63,501 nt of DNA, filler included, from Pirum gemmata (GCA_002812295.1; 14 parts of 14 records of this genome joined end to end with filler, not necessarily neighbours in it), one strand, 5' to 3'. Shown: positions 26,496 to 40,190, counted from the whole stretch's first letter. Notes: a model not told the origin generated them from the sequence alone. A program made the numbers and translations.

Positions 26496-28198
26496 AAATG
26501 GGAAACAGATGATTATATATCCGATTACATTGTTAACTACCAAATTTGGCCAAACGTATCAGAGTTGATACTAAGGAATGTTTGTGCTTATGACATGCAA
26601 TCCCTCGATTATTATTTTCCGGCACTGAAAACTGTTGCATGCTGGGCAAATGGTAAGTACACCTAAAAATAACTTTTTAATATTATTTTAATGTGTCAAG
26701 GAGATTTTGGTAAAAAGATAATCGAATCAAACAGCTCGATCACAAGTATTAAATAGTAACGGGTTTTAAAAGGTATTCTTTTTTTTTTTTTTTTTTTTTG
26801 TGTTTTGGTGTTTTTTTTTTTTACGAATCTTTTAAGAATTTTCTATAAATTAATATTTAAAATTAAGGTATTTTTTTTTTTTGAAAATTTCGAACTAGTC
26901 TCGATTCGATTATTTTTTCCGCATCTCCTTGGCAATGAACCCCTTTTTTTTTATCAAACTTTTTTACTTATACTCTACGTACATAGCCAGCTAAATGCCT
27001 GTTTTTGAAAGACCCGTAATAGCCTTTACTAGCCCACTTCCTTGTATTTTTTTTTAATTTCTTTATGGAAAGCCAACTAAATGTCTGTTTTTGAAAGAAC
27101 CCGTAATTTCCTTTACTAACTCGCCTTCTTGTATTTTTTTTATAATTTCTTTATTAAATTTCTTTTTTGTTTAGGGGAGCAGTTCGATTATGATGGCGAA
27201 TGGTACTCAAATCTAATCGTACCTAGTACGTTGGAAAAGTTAATAGGTATTTTATTCGTTTACTTTAAAAAAAGATCGAATTTCCAACTCTAAACAAACT
27301 AATATTTTTGAAACCAATACAAATTCCTAAAACCGAATTATTAAATCATTTAACGAAAATATTGAAAATAATCAAATTATCAAATTTTGTATTCCAATTT
27401 TATTTCTATTTATTTGTTACATAAACCACAAAGGGTTAGGGTTAGGGTTAGGTTAGGGTTAGGTTAGGGTTAAGTTAGGGGGTAACACTATACTGTCATA
27501 CGCTACAAAAGATTATACAAAAACAGAAATAGACTTACATGTACATTCTAAATGTTTAATTAGTGTTTGGTACTTGCGTTCTATGGCCTTATTCACAAAA
27601 TTGCTATGATATAAGAGATGCAATATGGGATCCCTGTGAATACTATGCAAGCAATCTTGATTGGCCTTATCGAGAGAGAACTTTTATCCAACAAGAAATA
27701 GATTTAAGTCAAGCACATCATTTGTCACACTTAAGATTTAGTTGTGCTGTTATTTTTGATTACTCTCCTTTGTTGGATGTGAAAAATAGTTTACAGCATT
27801 TAGAAATTGATTTTTTTCTTATCTTGGAAAACAGTCATTTTTTGACAGTTATTCCACAATTAATTAGCCTTAAAACACTGCGCATCACCAAGGCACATTT
27901 TGGTTTCGAACCCCAACAGTTAGCGAAGGATTTCTGTACGATCATTTTCCCCTGTAATTTAGAAGTTCTCGAGCTCAGTTGGGTTCCTGTTTGTGATATA
28001 TGTACAAACGAAATTTCTCCGATATTAAAGTCTTCATTAAGTAAGTTAAGTAGCTTTAAACGATTATTTTTACAAGGTAAGATGGAGTTGTTCTGAATTT
28101 TTTACATATAAACGCTCAAACAGATTTGTCTTTTAATAATAACAGGTAAACTAAATAACAAGTTACGATTCATATTTAGACTGAAAGGAACGAAATAG
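26496..28198 (+). CDS. Multi-exon LRR-like protein (F-box/LRR-type), partial or degenerate; exons about 26496-26652, 27175-27246, 27564-28076, 28146-28198
   Basis: Three GT..AG introns splice in frame. LxxLxL/I repeats (HLSHLRF, SLQHLEI, SLKTLRI, NLEVLEL). An in-frame TAA lies just upstream of 26496. Confidence 0.55.
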
Positions 28199-28452
28199 GG
28201 TGTTAATCCGATTAAACCTACTAATGCTCTAACTGTACTAAGTAAAGTGTATATTTGATATATATGAAATGGTATTCATTTTTTCCACACTATTTTAAAA
28301 ACCAGTTTTTCTTTTAAAAAATTTCTTTTAAAAATTAAAAAATTCCTATTTTAAATAGTAAAATTCCTAAAATGTCCTTTTTTGGTACCACCCGACACGA
28401 TTTTGAAAAAACGAAAAAAACTGTACTACTGGTAAGTAAAGTGTATATTTGA

Positions 28453-28956
28453 TGTGGGTTACGTTTAGAAGTACACTATAAAACTAAAACATGGACTCAT
28501 CGAGTGCTCTCAACTTTGTTAGGGATGATAGAAACCAATGCATATTTGGCATATAAGCTAGAGAACGAAGGACCAAATTGCTTGGATCATGCGACTTTTC
28601 CTTCACGGCTTGCTAAAGAGTTATTTTTCTACCCTTATCAAGATATTGACCTAGCACGAAGATTAAGTAGAGCACGAGCACAATCAATCGACCCAGATAG
28701 CCCTTCACCTTCACCTACACCAGATCCTAGCGATAATAGTCATAGTTTACAATTGTTATCTATCAATCCACATTGGCTTAAACATAAACTTGATAATGGT
28801 ATTAAAAACAATAGGATGAAATGTTCTGTTTGTAAGAAACAGAAAACAGGTTGGTGTTGTATTACCTGTTCTACATCTCAAAAAATTGTAGCATTATGTA
28901 ACCCTAGAGTAGTTGGGCATGATTACTTGCACATACATAAAGATACTTTGAATTAA
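28453..28956 (+). mobile_element. piggyBac-like transposase C-terminal fragment with Cys-rich domain
   Basis: TKTWTHRV...NAYLAY...H..F...LA.EL, then CSVC..KT...CITC....LC...H. No catalytic core upstream. Confidence 0.75.
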
Positions 28957-29387
28957 CATAATAATGTTAAAAAAGAGTATAATGTAATAATAACAATAAT
29001 AATATAATAATAATATAATAATAATTAATAATAATAATAATAAAAATAATAATAAAAATAAAGATACTTTCAATTAACATAATAATGTTTCAATTCATAA
29101 CTTAATTAATAAGTGTATAAGTGTATAATGTAATATTAACAATAATAATATAATAATATAATAAGTGTATAATGTAATAATAACAATAATAATATAATAA
29201 TAATATAATAAAAATAATAATAACAATAATAATAAAAATAAAGATACTTTGAATTAACATAATATAATAATGTTTTAATTCATAACTTAATTAATAAGTG
29301 TATAAGTGTATAATGTAATAATACCAATAATAATANNNNNNNNNNNNNNNNNNNNNNNNNNNNNNNNNNNNNNNNNNNNNNNNNNNN

Positions 29388-29878
29388 TATAATCATAATC
29401 ATAATCATAATCATAATCATAATCATAATTATAATCATAATCATAATCATAATCATAATCATAATCATAATCATAATCATAATCATAATCATAATCATAA
29501 ATAATCAAAATCATAATCATATCATAATCATAATCATAAGCATAAGCATAAGCATAAGCATACTCCTAATCATAATCGTAATCATAATCGTAATCATAAT
29601 CATAATCATCGTTGTAATCATAGTTATAATTATAATCATAATCATAATCATAATCATAATCATAATCATAATCATAATCATAATCATAATCATATTCATA
29701 ATCATAATCATAATCATAATCATAATCATAATCACAACCATAATCATAATCATAATCATAATCATAATTATAATTATAATTATAATCATAATCAAAATCA
29801 TAATCATAGTCATAATCATAATCATAATCATAATCATAATCATAGTCATAGTCATAGTCATAGTCATAATCATAATCA
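29388..29878. repeat. (ATAATC)n hexanucleotide microsatellite
   Basis: Direct inspection. Confidence 0.97.
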
Positions 29879-30779
29879 NNNNNNNNNNNNNNNNNNNNNN
29901 NNNNNNNNNNNNNNNNNNNNNNTTAATTAATTAANNNNNNNNNNNNNNNNNNNNNNNNNNNNNNNNNNNNNNNNNNNNTTTTTTTTTTTTTTTTTCATCA
30001 TTTCTTTCTTTAGTAGAAAGTATCATAATCGCCCTGAATATTATGAGTTCGAAAGTGTTCAAAATGTGTTGGCAGCTCGTTAGGGAAAATTTCAAAAATA
30101 TTTATTATTATATAAATTATATATAAAATATATTTGACAAAAAAATATATTATACAACTCGGTAACTCGATCATATATTTTTGTTCGCGAGCACCACAAA
30201 CAACCTACACATCATTAATGACGTCATTGATACCTTCAGTTTTTATTTGAAAAATAAAAGCTATCTAATTAATATTATTTTAATGCAATTTATTTAATTT
30301 GGCATCTTTTTATTTTTATTGGCTCAAAAAAAAAACATCTATAACTTAATTTGAAGATACCAAATAAACAAGAGCACTGAACAATGTGGACGGTCTAAAA
30401 ATGGTCTAAACCGTAGTAGGTACTAGCTAGATGCTACTAGCTAGTAGCGTCGAATCGAGATTAGTTTGAAACAGTTGAAACTTTTTCGATCTAATACTTC
30501 ACGTCAAGGGGAAGGTAGGTAGCGGATACTTGACCGGAAATTAACGTCAAAGGGTAGGTAATAGTATTTGAAGCTGTACTTGACTTACTTTTTATTTCAT
30601 AGGAAAATTTCAGAGAAAATACTTGAAACTCGAAAAAAAAAAAAAGAATATCATTTCTAAATTATCACTATTTTTTAAAACGAGCTTTTTTACTATTGGC
30701 CCCAGTACCCCAACATACTCCCAACATGGTATTTTTGGTATTTTTAGTCCTTTTTTTATTATTATTAATACCAGAGGCC

Positions 30780-31014
30780 AGTAGGGGTGAGATATCTACT
30801 GGAACTTTTTTCGAACACATGCTTATCGAGCCAACCTTAGTTCCGTGTTATTTACTAATAATAGCAGTTAAATAGCTTAAAAATAATAAATCTAATTATA
30901 GTAAATACCAATAAAAGTAATAATATTAACATTAATAGCAATAAAAACCTTAAAAATCGGAAAAGTTCCGGCAGCTGTTCGGTAATAATGAAATAACGTC
31001 ATCTCACCCCTACT
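30780..31014 (+). mobile_element. MITE family C, copy 1 (14-bp TIR, 8-bp TSD CAGAGGCC)
   Basis: TIR AGTAGGGGTGAGAT / ATCTCACCCCTACT. CAGAGGCC at 30772-30779 and 31015-31022. Confidence 0.92.
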
Positions 31015-31337
31015 CAGAGGCCCCGGTATCCAAGATTCCAGGTTGTAGAAATCAGGGGGGGGGTCTAACTAATCCTTCATTTCTAAAATTATCGCGGCCA
31101 CCTTAAATTGGCCGTGAACTATCGTGCATATGGATTGATATAGTATTAATTTCGTATTATTTATTTTGTAATTTATGATGACAAAACAACTGAAGTATCA
31201 ATTTAAATATTATAAACAACCAAATAAATATTCGGAGTAACAAATTTTAAAATGTATGAAAAGCACAATACTACGACTATTACTATAGCTACCGTCGCCG
31301 CCGCCACCACCCACCACCGGTACTATTAATTACTTAG

Positions 31338-31518
31338 TATCGTGCTTTTCAGTTGTTTTGTCATCATAAAATATATAATAAAGAATATCAAATCAGTACA
31401 ACATAAATCCATTTCATTTTATTTGGTATATTTTATTATCTATTTATTCATTTAAATATGTCAATTTAAATACTATAACCAACCAAATAAATATTCAAAA
31501 TAAATGAAAAGCACAATA
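31338..31518 (+). mobile_element. MITE family A copy
   Basis: TATCGTGCTTTTCA...TGAAAAGCACAATA ends and the conserved interior. Confidence 0.88.
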
Positions 31519-32964
31519 CCACTTCCATGTTACGTATACTGCCTCTACTTTTACTACTACTACTACTACTACTGCTACTACTACTAGATCTATTACTACA
31601 ACCATCATTACTTCTATTAATATTACGTATACTATAAATACTACTTCTATTATTTCTATTAATATTACTACCGCCACCATTACTACTATTTTAAAATTAT
31701 TACTATTGCTACTTAATTTATATATAATAATAAGCTTCTACAACTACTTCTTTTACTACCATTAATACTATTAAAATTACTATTACTACTTAAGCTTCTA
31801 CAACTACTTCTTTTACTACTATATGTATATCGATAATAACTACAACTACAAAAGTACAAATAGCTACTACTAGACTCTACCATACTACGTATTATTAGTA
31901 ATTTATTACTGTAGAGCTATATATATAAAAGTCAATTTAACGTCTATATATATATTGATTATCAATATTAATATAAATAAAATTATAAATAGAGTTAAAT
32001 CTATTATAATAAGATTTCCGGCTATGATTCCGGCCAGAAGGGGCCAATCCAGATCGGAGGAAGAGGAGTCCTCACTCAACTGCGAGGGGGTAGAACAGCT
32101 GGTAGAACCTAGAACTAGAATATCGAATTTTTTTAAACTCTTTTTTTTTTTTTTTTCGAGCAGTTCTAAATAATAGTTAAAATTAAATAAACTGTAAATA
32201 ATTAGTATTAAAAATTTTTATAAAAATTTTATAATTTATCATAATAATAAATTTTAAGTAATAGGTGGGAGTCGCGGGAAAAACAATCAAATCGAGTTTA
32301 ATTCGAATTTTTCGAAATTTTTCGATCTAATGTTTTTAAGTATTTAATAATTAGGATCGAGTTGTTTGATTCGATCATGTTTTCCGAATATGGTTCCCAT
32401 TTAGTTTGTTCGAATTATTATATTATTATAAAATTACGACATCTTCCCTCTCATATTTAGACTAAGCAAAATAAAGGATCAAGAAAAACATCGATTCAAA
32501 CGATGGTTTTAAGGTCTAAAAATACCAATCTAGATGCCTTAGTTGACAAAAATACCCTTCTAGATTCAATTCCATCTTCAGATTTTTCCATCTTTACTGG
32601 ATACAAAAACCCCAAAATATTAAAAGAGACCCTAGCTAGTAGCTAGCTAGAGCAGACCCCCCCCTAGCTAGTAGTCTAGCTAGTCTACCTGAGCTACTAC
32701 TAGCTAGACCTCATTGTGCTTTTCACTTTTCAGTTCGTTTTGTCATCACAAAATATACAATAAATAGTACCGAATTAATACAATATAAATCCATTTCATT
32801 TAATTTGGTATATTTTATTATATATTTATTTATTTAAAAGTATCAATTTAAATATTATAAACAACCAAATAAATATTCGGAGTGATAAAATGGGTCAGCA
32901 AGGGTCTAGCTAGCTAGCTAGCTAGAGATAATTGTGCCTACTAGTCTAGCTATCATAGACAATT

Positions 32965-33710
32965 GTGCACGAGAACAGAAATGAAAGCTGTTCAAAAATC
33001 ATGAATGATGCAGCTAAAAATGGATATTTGTATTTAGTAGAGTTTCTACATAATAATAGGGAGGAAGGGTGTACTATGGATAAAGCAGCTAGAAATGGAC
33101 ATTTGAATGTAGTAGAGTTTCTACATAATAATAGGGAGGAAGGGTGTACAAAACGTGCTATGACTTTTGCAGCTATTTTAATGGACATTTGGACGTGGTA
33201 AGGTTTCTACATAATAATAGGGAGGAAGGATGTACTAGGGGTGCTATGAATGGTGCAGCTAGAAATGGATATTTGAATATAGTAGAGTTTCTACATAATA
33301 ATAGAGAGGAAGGGTGTACTGCTATGGATAAAGCAGCTAGAAATGGACATTTGAATTCGAATGTAGTAGAGTTTCTACATAATAATAGGGAGGAAGGGTG
33401 TACTGAAGAAGCTATGAATCTTGCAATTGAATTTCAAAATTGGGAGGTAGCGTCGTTTCTTCACTGTAACAGAACTGAGGGTTTTTCAGATGAATTTATT
33501 AGGAATGAGTTTATAGAGGGTCATTTTGAAGTAATTAATTTTCTAGTAGATAAAATACACAAATGTAAATGCGGATTATGGGCATTTGGAAGTTGCGACA
33601 ATAAATTTGTTAGTAATGAGTTTAAAGAAGATGACCTTAAATTCATTATGTTAGATACAATACACCAATGTAAATGCGGATTATGGGCATTTGAAGTTGA
33701 AAAACATTAA
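32965..33710 (+). pseudogene. Ankyrin-repeat gene, frameshifted near 33175 and probably 5'-truncated
   Basis: Repeated [22 protein letters not shown] units are split over two frames. Confidence 0.8.
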
Positions 33711-34317
33711 AAAAAAAATTACTGAACACAAAAATTATATTTAATAAACGACGAAAACTTATTTGTTAAAAAACGTCGCCAAACACACGTAAAATCCAAT
33801 TAGCTTCCTATTTTTTTTATTTTTATAGAATATTTTTTTTTATTTACGATAACTTATTCGTTAAAAAACTTTACCCATAGTACAAACACACGTGAAATCC
33901 AATTAGCTTCGTATTTTTTTTTTTTTATCGGATATTTTTTTTTTATTTACGATAACTTATTCGTTAAAATGGCATGAAATGCATCACCTACTCTAACTTT
34001 TAACCTTAACCCTAACCTAACCTTGACCCTAACCCTAACCCTAACCCTAACCNNNNNNNNNNNNNNNNNNNNNNNNNNNNNNNNNNNNNNNNNNNNTTAA
34101 TTAATTAANNNNNNNNNNNNNNNNNNNNNNNNNNNNNNNNNNNNNNNNNNNNTAATAATAATAATAATAATAATAATTTTTAAAAAAAAAACAATTATAT
34201 TTTTTAAAAATATTCGTTAAGAGGCTACAGCAGACAAACACCAAAAACAAGTTTGTCCCTAATAAAAAAGTAGCCATTCAAGTAGAATTTTAAAACTATT
34301 ATAATTGGTTAGATGAG

Positions 34318-34838
34318 TTGTAGCGTGGGTATTAAACTATTCTAACCAATGAAAGAACTTTATTTGTCTTTTTTTCTCTGCCCAATTTTACCCTATTTTG
34401 TCCATTGTAACCCTTTAACAGGTCAGCAGCACAGTTCCCATAACCAGTGCTCATTTTCCAATGGTCCATTTATTCTACCCCATTGTAGCGTGAGTATTAA
34501 AAACTATTCTAACCAATGAAAGGACTTTATATGTATTTTTTCTCTGTCCATTGTAACCCTTTTTAACAGGTCAGCAGCACAGTTCCCATAACCAGTGCTC
34601 ATTTTCCAATGGTCCATTTATTCTACCCCATTGTAGCACCAATGAAAGGACTTTATATGTCTTTTTTTCTCTGCCCAATTTTACCCTATTTTATCCAATG
34701 AAAGGACTTTATATGTCTTTTTCTCTGCCCAATTTTAGCAATTTTACCCTATTTTGTCCATTGTGGGGAGACAACTTTTAACAGGTCAGTTCCCACACCC
34801 AGTACTCATTTTCCAATGGTCCGTTTATTCTACCCCAT
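34318..34838. repeat. About 165-bp tandem unit, about 3 rearranged copies
   Basis: CTCATTTTCCAATGGTCCATTTATTCTACCCCAT and flanking blocks are repeated. Confidence 0.85.
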
Positions 34839-34960
34839 CCAATTGCTTCATAGATTATTTGCCTGACAGCAGTATGGGGAGACTATAGGGAGTATGACAA
34901 CAACTCACCAACAGCAATGTGAGTTTTTCTTGAGAATTTTACTGGTAGATGACATTTCTG

Positions 34961-35188
34961 AGTAGGGGTGAGATGACGTCATTTTATTATTACCGAACAG
35001 CTGCCAGAACTTTTCCGATTTTATGGTTTGTTACTATTATTGTTAATATTATTACTTTATTTGGTATCTACTAATTCTATTTACTATTTTAAGCTATTCA
35101 ACTGCTATTATTAGTAAAAACACGGAACTAACGTTGGCTCGATAAGCATCTGTTCGAAAAAAGTTCCAGTAGATATCTCACCCCTACT
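34961..35188 (-). mobile_element. MITE family C, copy 2 (8-bp TSD CATTTCTG)
   Basis: Reverse-complement homolog of 30780-31014. CATTTCTG at 34953-34960 and 35189-35196. Confidence 0.92.
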
Positions 35189-36229
35189 CATTTCTGTTAT
35201 AATTTAGTTACTGTGGTAATTCTTTTATTGTGCTTTTCATAATTAAGAAATCCAGGTATTAATATTGGATCTAACCCTAACCCTAACCCTCTAACCCTAA
35301 CCTTAACCCTAACCCTAACCCTAACCCATAACCCCTAACCCTAACCCTAACCCTAACCCTAACCCTAACCCTAACCCTAACCCTAACCCTGTATCAAACC
35401 AGAGCAGAACACTCACACACACACAAAAAAAAAAAAATGCAAAAATCAGAAGTTCTACTATTTAAAAAAAGAAAAACTTCCTGTGTGTAATTTTTGCCTT
35501 TTTTTTCGTGTGTGTGTACTGTGGTTAGGGTTAGGATTGCGGTTGGGGTTAGGGTTAGACTGTACATGGATCAGCAGATAGTGTTTCGGGAAAAGGAGAT
35601 TCTACTGGCTATTTTAATATATCCGTTTGAAATTTTTCTCCACTTATACCTTTAATAATAAACACTGTTACTTTGTACAGACAGTAGTACTTCTAAAATC
35701 AACAAAATTTAATTGTGTTTATGATTTGGTATAGAAATTAGTTTAAATAAAGTTTATTTATTTTATTAAGTAAAATATTATTATATATAGAAAATATCAG
35801 GTAATATTATAATGGAATTTAATCCTAACCAGTTTTGAAACCCACGGAGGGGTGGTGGAGGGGTGTCACCTTTCCTATAACTTTATTATATTTTAAAAGA
35901 GATAATTGAATAGGATATATTAATATTAAATCAAATTGTTCTTTCGCGTGTTGGAGTTGTAATCAATCACATAAATCTTGAAAAGTAATACCATTATTAT
36001 TAAGAAATATTCCAACAATATGTTAATTAAATAGCCATCTCGAATTACTTAAAAGTTGGGTTAGGGTTAGGGTTAGATTATAAAACTACTTATGAAAAAA
36101 TAAATATAGATTTGAAAAATACAATTGAAATTTACCAACTAATTAATACTTTAGTTATACTGATATTCATTTTGAAAAAATCAAAATGGTATTTCACTTT
36201 TTATCATTTTACATCTGCATTTTATATTG

Positions 36230-36293
<64 letters not shown>

Positions 36294-36409
36294 TTAATTA
36301 CAATTATTCTTATTATTATTATTATAATTACAATTATTATTATTATTACTATTATCATTATAAATATTAACTTCTTAATAATGATGATATTCTTGTTTTA
36401 CCCACAGAA

Positions 36410-37452
36410 TCTTACTTTTTGATGTATGATGATTATTATTATCTTAAGTGTGAGTTCGACAATGGTTACTTGGCTCCCACGGGTAAGCAGTATGAAGGTA
36501 GAGAATCGCAGTGCAATATGGCACCCAAACCATCCAGTGGAAATCAATACCACAGAACAGTGTTTAAGGATGCTGGTGATGGGAAAATCAGAGTTTTTGA
36601 TCCTAAATATAATGATGAGGAGTTATACTTATATGCTTTTAGTACATATCATCCTGACCATTTCCCTGGTTATAATTTTCCGGCCATACCCAATGCTTAC
36701 CCAGCCACTTATTATCTTAGAGTAGGTCGTTTAGGTAATTGATTTTTGTTAATGAAGGATTAGAGTTGGGGTTACGGTTAAGGTTTTAGGGTTAGGGTTA
36801 GGGTTAGGGTTTTAAAGTTAGGGTTTGGGTTGGTGTTAGGGTTAGGATTAAAGTTAAAGTTATAACGAGTTAATTAAAGTTAGGTGTTTAGGGTTAGGGT
36901 TGGATTGGGGTATACATTAAAAAAAAATATTAGTATTCCATTTCATTAATGTTTGCTTACATTATTCTAATTAAAGTATATTCATTATTAAAGGTGTAAT
37001 ATAACTAAAACTTTTAATGTTAATTGAAAAACATTTGCTTATTAAAGGTGCAATATAACTAAAACTTTTAATAGAAAAAACATTTGCTTTAAAATTGTAT
37101 TAATTGAAATTAATTAATTTTTAACTTAATCTTTGTTCGTCAAGGGTAAGCATATTTGGGTCTCCAACACTACTAACCATCATTGTTACTATCAGATGAA
37201 AACAACAAACAGAAAAACTTTCACTTTGGAAACAATTATCCTAACCCCTACAACAGCAACAGCACGGGATGGTTGTGGGCAAACACTAAACTAAAAATTG
37301 GGAATAAGCCGGCACCAAACTGCAACTTAGGCATTAATGAATCATCAAATCAAGCGCGACCTAAGTTCGGTGTTAAGCCTTTCGCTTACTGTTATACGAA
37401 TGATATATTTAAAGGTGACTATGGTAAATGGAAATGGATTAAACTTTATTAA
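36410..37452 (+). CDS. Hypothetical protein; exons about 36410-36734 and 37196-37452
   Basis: Two complex-sequence ORFs join in frame through a GTAATT..CAG intron that contains TTAGGG repeats. No family recognised. Confidence 0.55.
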
Positions 37453-37466
37453 AGCTTAGCATGTGT

Positions 37467-37707
37467 AGGAGGGGGTGACACCTATAAGAGTCCTTTTTAA
37501 GTAAATGACCCCTTAAATTGGCACCAATTCCGCAATTTTAAGTAAATTGTAAACCATAAAAAGTAAAAAATTTGCTTTTCTTGGAAAAGTCTTAGTAAAG
37601 TAATTTAATTTACTTTAAATAGTTTATTTTTTACTATAAATAGTAAGCCGCAGCCACAGCGGAAAATGAAAATTTCAGAGTCATATTGGAGGGGTGTTAC
37701 CCTTCCT
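37467..37707 (+). mobile_element. MITE family D (AGGAGGGGGTGACACC..GGTGTTACCCTTCCT)
   Basis: Imperfect 15-16-bp TIR. Homologs at about 49542-49771, 46819-46915 (reverse, partial) and 35857-35876 (end only). Confidence 0.8.
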
Positions 37708-39864
37708 CATGTATAACACTGTATATATAGTGTTATAACCTTTTTTTCACTATAGATACATATTACATACGTAGTGCTTTTCAGTTCTTTTTTATCATCA
37801 TAAAATAAACAATAAATCGTACCAAATTAATACAATATAAATCCATTTAATTTAATTTGGTATATTTTATTATCTATGTATTGATTTAAAAATGTCAATT
37901 TAAAGATTATAGCCTTCCAAATAAATATTCAGAGAGACAAAATAAATAAAAAGCACGATATTTAAAGATTATAACCTTCCAAATAAATATTCAGAGTGGC
38001 AAAATAAATAAAAAGCACAATATATAAAAAATATTATGTATTTATGTGTTCATGTATGTGAGTATTAGGATTTAGGAGTAAGGAAATAGTAAGGGCATTA
38101 TTTATATGACTTCGAACTTTTACATCATATTGAACAACCCACCCGGTAGTTCTTACTATCGTGCTTTTCAGCTGTTTTGTCATCATAAAATATACAATAG
38201 AGTACCAAATTAATACAATATACATCCATTTTATTTAATTTGGTATATTTTATTATTTATTTATTTATTNNNNNNNNNNNNNNNNNNNNNNNNNNNNNNN
38301 NNNNNNNNNNNNNTTAATTAATTAANNNNNNNNNNNNNNNNNNNNNNNNNNNNNNNNNNNNNNNNNNNNTGTATAATTGAACTTGTTTATAAAATGAAAC
38401 ATTAAGTATAAAATACCAAATTAATTAAAACATATCTGATAGTTTAACCATAATAATAATTTTGGTACGTTTATTTCAGTTTTTGAACTGGACAACATAA
38501 TAAGCCCCGGCCTAGCTAGACTATGATAATGATAGTATCTATCATTATGATTAGTTATGACAGACTAAACTGTCAAAAAATCTTGAAAAATAGTAAAAAA
38601 AAACCAGTAAAACGCTGTGAAAAACTAGAAACAAAATTATATGACCATAGAGAGACCAAGAGAAAATATAGTAATTTGACGTACCAATGATAAGAGTCAA
38701 TTGTTAAAAAAAAAACTAGTTTCTTTTTTTTTTTTTTCATTTGAAAGTTAAAAGTTCTTTATTGGATGGGAACGGCCAGCCCCTAGGCCAGCCTCTCTTT
38801 TAGGCCAGTCTCTGTTTCTAAATTACCAAATATGATCATAAATATGCTTATGTCACATGTCACTAGAGGTATGGCAGTGGTATGGCGCAAACTAACCATC
38901 TAAAAACATCCTACTTTTTTTTTTTTTTTTTTTTTTGAGGGAGTAAAAAAGGTAAAAACAAGTAAAAAGCATAATAATAATTATAGAAACAAAATCGATC
39001 ACTATATCGATCAGTTTTTTTTAGCCTTTTTGATTAGTCAACTTTAAATTGCTCGAATACCATTTCTTATTTTCGATTTCAAAAAAACAACTTGTTATTG
39101 GCTCAATTTTGCTCGGCATAAAAAATGCAAATCAAACCTATATAAAAAACTCGAACCGGTTGGGATTTTCGGAGAAAACAATAAAATTATCCAAAAAAAG
39201 ATTTTTTTGCGCTAATTTAGATCATTTTTTGAAAATCTCTACATTTTATTAATTGCCTCTGTACTTCACAGAAAAATAAAACTGTACAAAAATGATCTTT
39301 CAAATGCACCGAAACCGCTTCGAATTTCGCCAAAAGCATTTCATAATGATTAGTAAATCACCTGTTGATTGGGTAGAGTAGGATAGAGAAAGCCTTTTTT
39401 TTTTTTTAATTTAAAAAAAAAGGATGCAAATTCGGTGAAGAGATGTGCAAGTTAATTTTTCGGTTTTTTTACTATAAAAAATCAAACCCGATTATACTAT
39501 TATATAGTAATTCTGGATATACCCAGTATATACCCTATAGCTACCCCTATTGAATTTTTAAAAAAAAAGTCCCACCTTAATTATGTATGTTCGAACATTT
39601 CAAACCTACTATCGATATTAAATACTGTTTTAAAGTACTTACTTATGTTTGAAAAAAATTCCAGTGAAGCACAAAAGTTGGACGTTTTTTTTTTATTTTT
39701 AAAAAAACTGTTTGCACCATACGCAACCAGCAGCCTAGCTAGAGAGAGAACCAGGCCATAGGACATTGGACAAGACCATCAAGTATAGACTACAGGATAT
39801 GATCTATGATAGGACAGAAGTCACAGAACTAAACCCAGGAACTAAACCTGCCAAGAGCTTTTTT

Positions 39865-39912
<48 letters not shown>

Positions 39913-40001
39913 TTTTTTTTTNCTAGTAGCTAGCTAGTAGTACTGATATGATATCATAATAATATTATTATATATGATACGGTGCATTGATAGTCTATGT
40001 C

Positions 40002-40190
40002 TATCGTGCTTTTCAGTTGTTTTGTCATCGTAAAATACACAAAAAAGAGTACCAAATTAATACAATATAAATCCATTTCATTTAATTTGGTATATTTTAT
40101 TATCTATTTATTCATTTAAAAAAGTCAATTTAAATATTATGACCAACCAAGTAAATATTTGGATTGACAAAATAAATGAAAAGCACAATA
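40002..40190 (+). mobile_element. MITE family A, full-length reference copy (189 bp)
   Basis: TA-TCGTGCTTTTCA / TGAAAAGCACAA-TA ends. Other copies at about 9108, 15640(-), 24281(-), 31120, 31338, 32713, 37772, 38157, 41063, 49797(-) and 60967. Confidence 0.9.
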
